Of a stretch of DNA of 64,000 nt, positions 62,694 to 64,000 are shown piece after piece; position 1 is the stretch's first letter, and each line of letters begins with the position of its first letter. The notes under the pieces were generated by a model. It ran no database searches. It was not told where the DNA came from and was given only the letters and a program-made list of their open reading frames with translations. A program made the translations under genes and the position numbers. Source of the stretch: an uncultured SAR86 cluster bacterium (GTDB lineage Bacteria; Pseudomonadota; Gammaproteobacteria; Magnimaribacterales; D2472); contig CABWYS010000004.1 of NCBI GenBank assembly GCA_902509555.1, positions 1,771 through 65,770 on the forward strand, written 5' to 3'.

Positions 62694-64000
62694 ATGCGAC
62701 TTAAAATAAAAAAATCCGACTCATATAAATTTTCTAAAAAATATCTAGATTTAATTCTTAAATCTAGAGTATATGACGTTGCAAACAAAACACCCGTAAC
62801 ATTTGCTACTAACTTATCAAGTAAATTAAAAAATGATGTTTTTTTAAAGCGTGAAGACATGCAGCCAATTTTTTCTTTCAAGATCAGAGGCGCATACAAT
62901 AAGATTGTCAATTTAAATCAAGAGCAACAAAAAAGGGGAGTCATAACAGCGTCTGCTGGGAATCATGCACAGGGAGTTGCAAATGCATGTAAAAAATTAA
63001 AGGTCCCATGTTTCATTGTAATGCCAGTCACCGCGCCTGAGATAAAAGTAAAGTCTGTTAAAAGATTTGGTTCTAAAGTTTTGCTGCATGGAGATAATTT
63101 TGATCAAGCCTCCAAAAAAGCAAGACAAATAGCAAAAGAACAAAAACTTGAATTTATTGAAGCATTTGATGATCCATTAACTATAGCTGGGCAGGGCACT
63201 GTTGGAAAAGAAATCTTCGATGAGCACAATGACCTAGATGTTATTTTTGTTCCAGTTGGTGGAGGTGGGCTTTTAGCAGGCATAAGTGCATGGGCAGCTC
63301 AAACTCAAACAAAGACAAAGATTTATGGAGTTGAGGTTGAGGACTCGGCATGTTTGGTTGAGGCAATCAAGGCGGACAAAAGAGTTAGGTTGCGAGAGGT
63401 TGGATTATTTGCAGATGGAGTGGCAGTCGAGCGCATTGGCAAACACAACTTTGATGTTATTAAAGAGTGTGTTGATGGAGTGATTACTGTAAGCATTGAT
63501 GAGCTATGTGCTGCAGTAAAAGATATTTTTGAGGACACAAGAGTTCTTTCTGAGCCGGCTGGAGCTCTTGCCTTAGCAGGGCTTAAAAAATATGCTACAA
63601 AAATTTCAAATAAACGTCTGTTAGCTATTAGCAGTGGAGCAAATGTTAATTTTGAAAGACTGAGCTATATAGTTGAGAGATCAGAGGTTGGAGAAAATAG
63701 GGAAAAACTTCTTAGCATTAAGATTCCAGAAAAGCCTGGAAGTTTTTTAAAGCTTTGCAAAGTCTTTGGCAGATCTCAGATTACAGAGTTTAACTATAGA
63801 TTTGCCAACAAGACAGATGCTCATGTTCTTGTAGGAATAAAAACTGAAAACGAAGGCGCATTCAAACAAATTAAAACAAAGCTTTCAAAGAGTAAGTTTA
63901 AATTTAGCGATCTAACAAAGAATCAAATTTCTAATGACCACCTTCGTCATATGGTAGGAGGACATAAGAGCATTATTTCAGAAAGAGATTCTGAGAGATT
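62694..64000 (+). CDS. ilvA: Threonine ammonia-lyase, biosynthetic (partial; runs off window)
   Basis: Manual translation gives ...SRVYDVANKTP...LKREDMQPIFSFKIRGAYNK...ASAGNHAQG...VPVGGGGL...SGANVNF, then regulatory ACT region IPEKPGSF. Confidence 0.96.
   Translation, partial: MRLKIKKSDSYKFSKKYLDLILKSRVYDVANKTPVTFATNLSSKLKNDVFLKREDMQPIFSFKIRGAYNKIVNLNQEQQKRGVITASAGNHAQGVANACKKLKVPCFIVMPVTAPEIKVKSVKRFGSKVLLHGDNFDQASKKARQIAKEQKLEFIEAFDDPLTIAGQGTVGKEIFDEHNDLDVIFVPVGGGGLLAGISAWAAQTQTKTKIYGVEVEDSACLVEAIKADKRVRLREVGLFADGVAVERIGKHNFDVIKECVDGVITVSIDELCAAVKDIFEDTRVLSEPAGALALAGLKKYATKISNKRLLAISSGANVNFERLSYIVERSEVGENREKLLSIKIPEKPGSFLKLCKVFGRSQITEFNYRFANKTDAHVLVGIKTENEGAFKQIKTKLSKSKFKFSDLTKNQISNDHLRHMVGGHKSIISERDSER

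Noticed and set aside
62671-62709. Ile/Leu-rich mini-ORF MGIILKLLCDLK* overlapping the ilvA start as an attenuator leader
   Set aside because: Starts upstream of the predicted -10, has no SD or terminator/antiterminator, and Ile/Leu codons are expected in AT-rich DNA

Overview
AT-rich, very gene-dense core chromosome of a streamlined gammaproteobacterium. Gene order, tiny intergenic gaps and gene content suggest a marine SAR86-like lineage (inference). The window starts next to the replication origin, with the 3' end of recF (containing a parS palindrome) and gyrB. It continues through plsC, an alpha2-type GlyRS, lpxL, trkHA, fmt/def, purE-tsaC-hemF-aroE, a complete cytochrome c oxidase cluster, gshA, pckA, dsbB, polA, engB/cytochrome c4/dsbA/cytochrome c5, lptM-lysA-dapF-xerC, metK-ahcY, tkt-pgk-fba-dtd, tat/ubi genes, rsgA/orn, phoD, miaB-phoH-ybeY-corC-lnt, a beta-oxidation enzyme, glutathione peroxidase, rpiA and a partial ilvA. 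I saw no mobile elements, CRISPR arrays, tRNAs or rRNAs, and no large novel multi-gene system. The most interesting signals are small: (1) an unannotated structured RNA with an anti-Shine-Dalgarno-like loop plus a 29-aa hydrophobic microprotein at about 61.3-61.5 kb; (2) a SAM-II riboswitch upstream of metK-ahcY with an atypical expression platform; (3) a Coq4-like HDxxH-x11-E protein between polA and engB; (4) apparent in-place replacement of glyQ/glyS by a Thermus-like homodimeric GlyRS; (5) a gammaproteobacterial-type GyrB lacking its ~170-aa insertion; (6) a recurring leaderless/bidirectional promoter layout. All family assignments come from motif recognition and gene order; no database searches were run.
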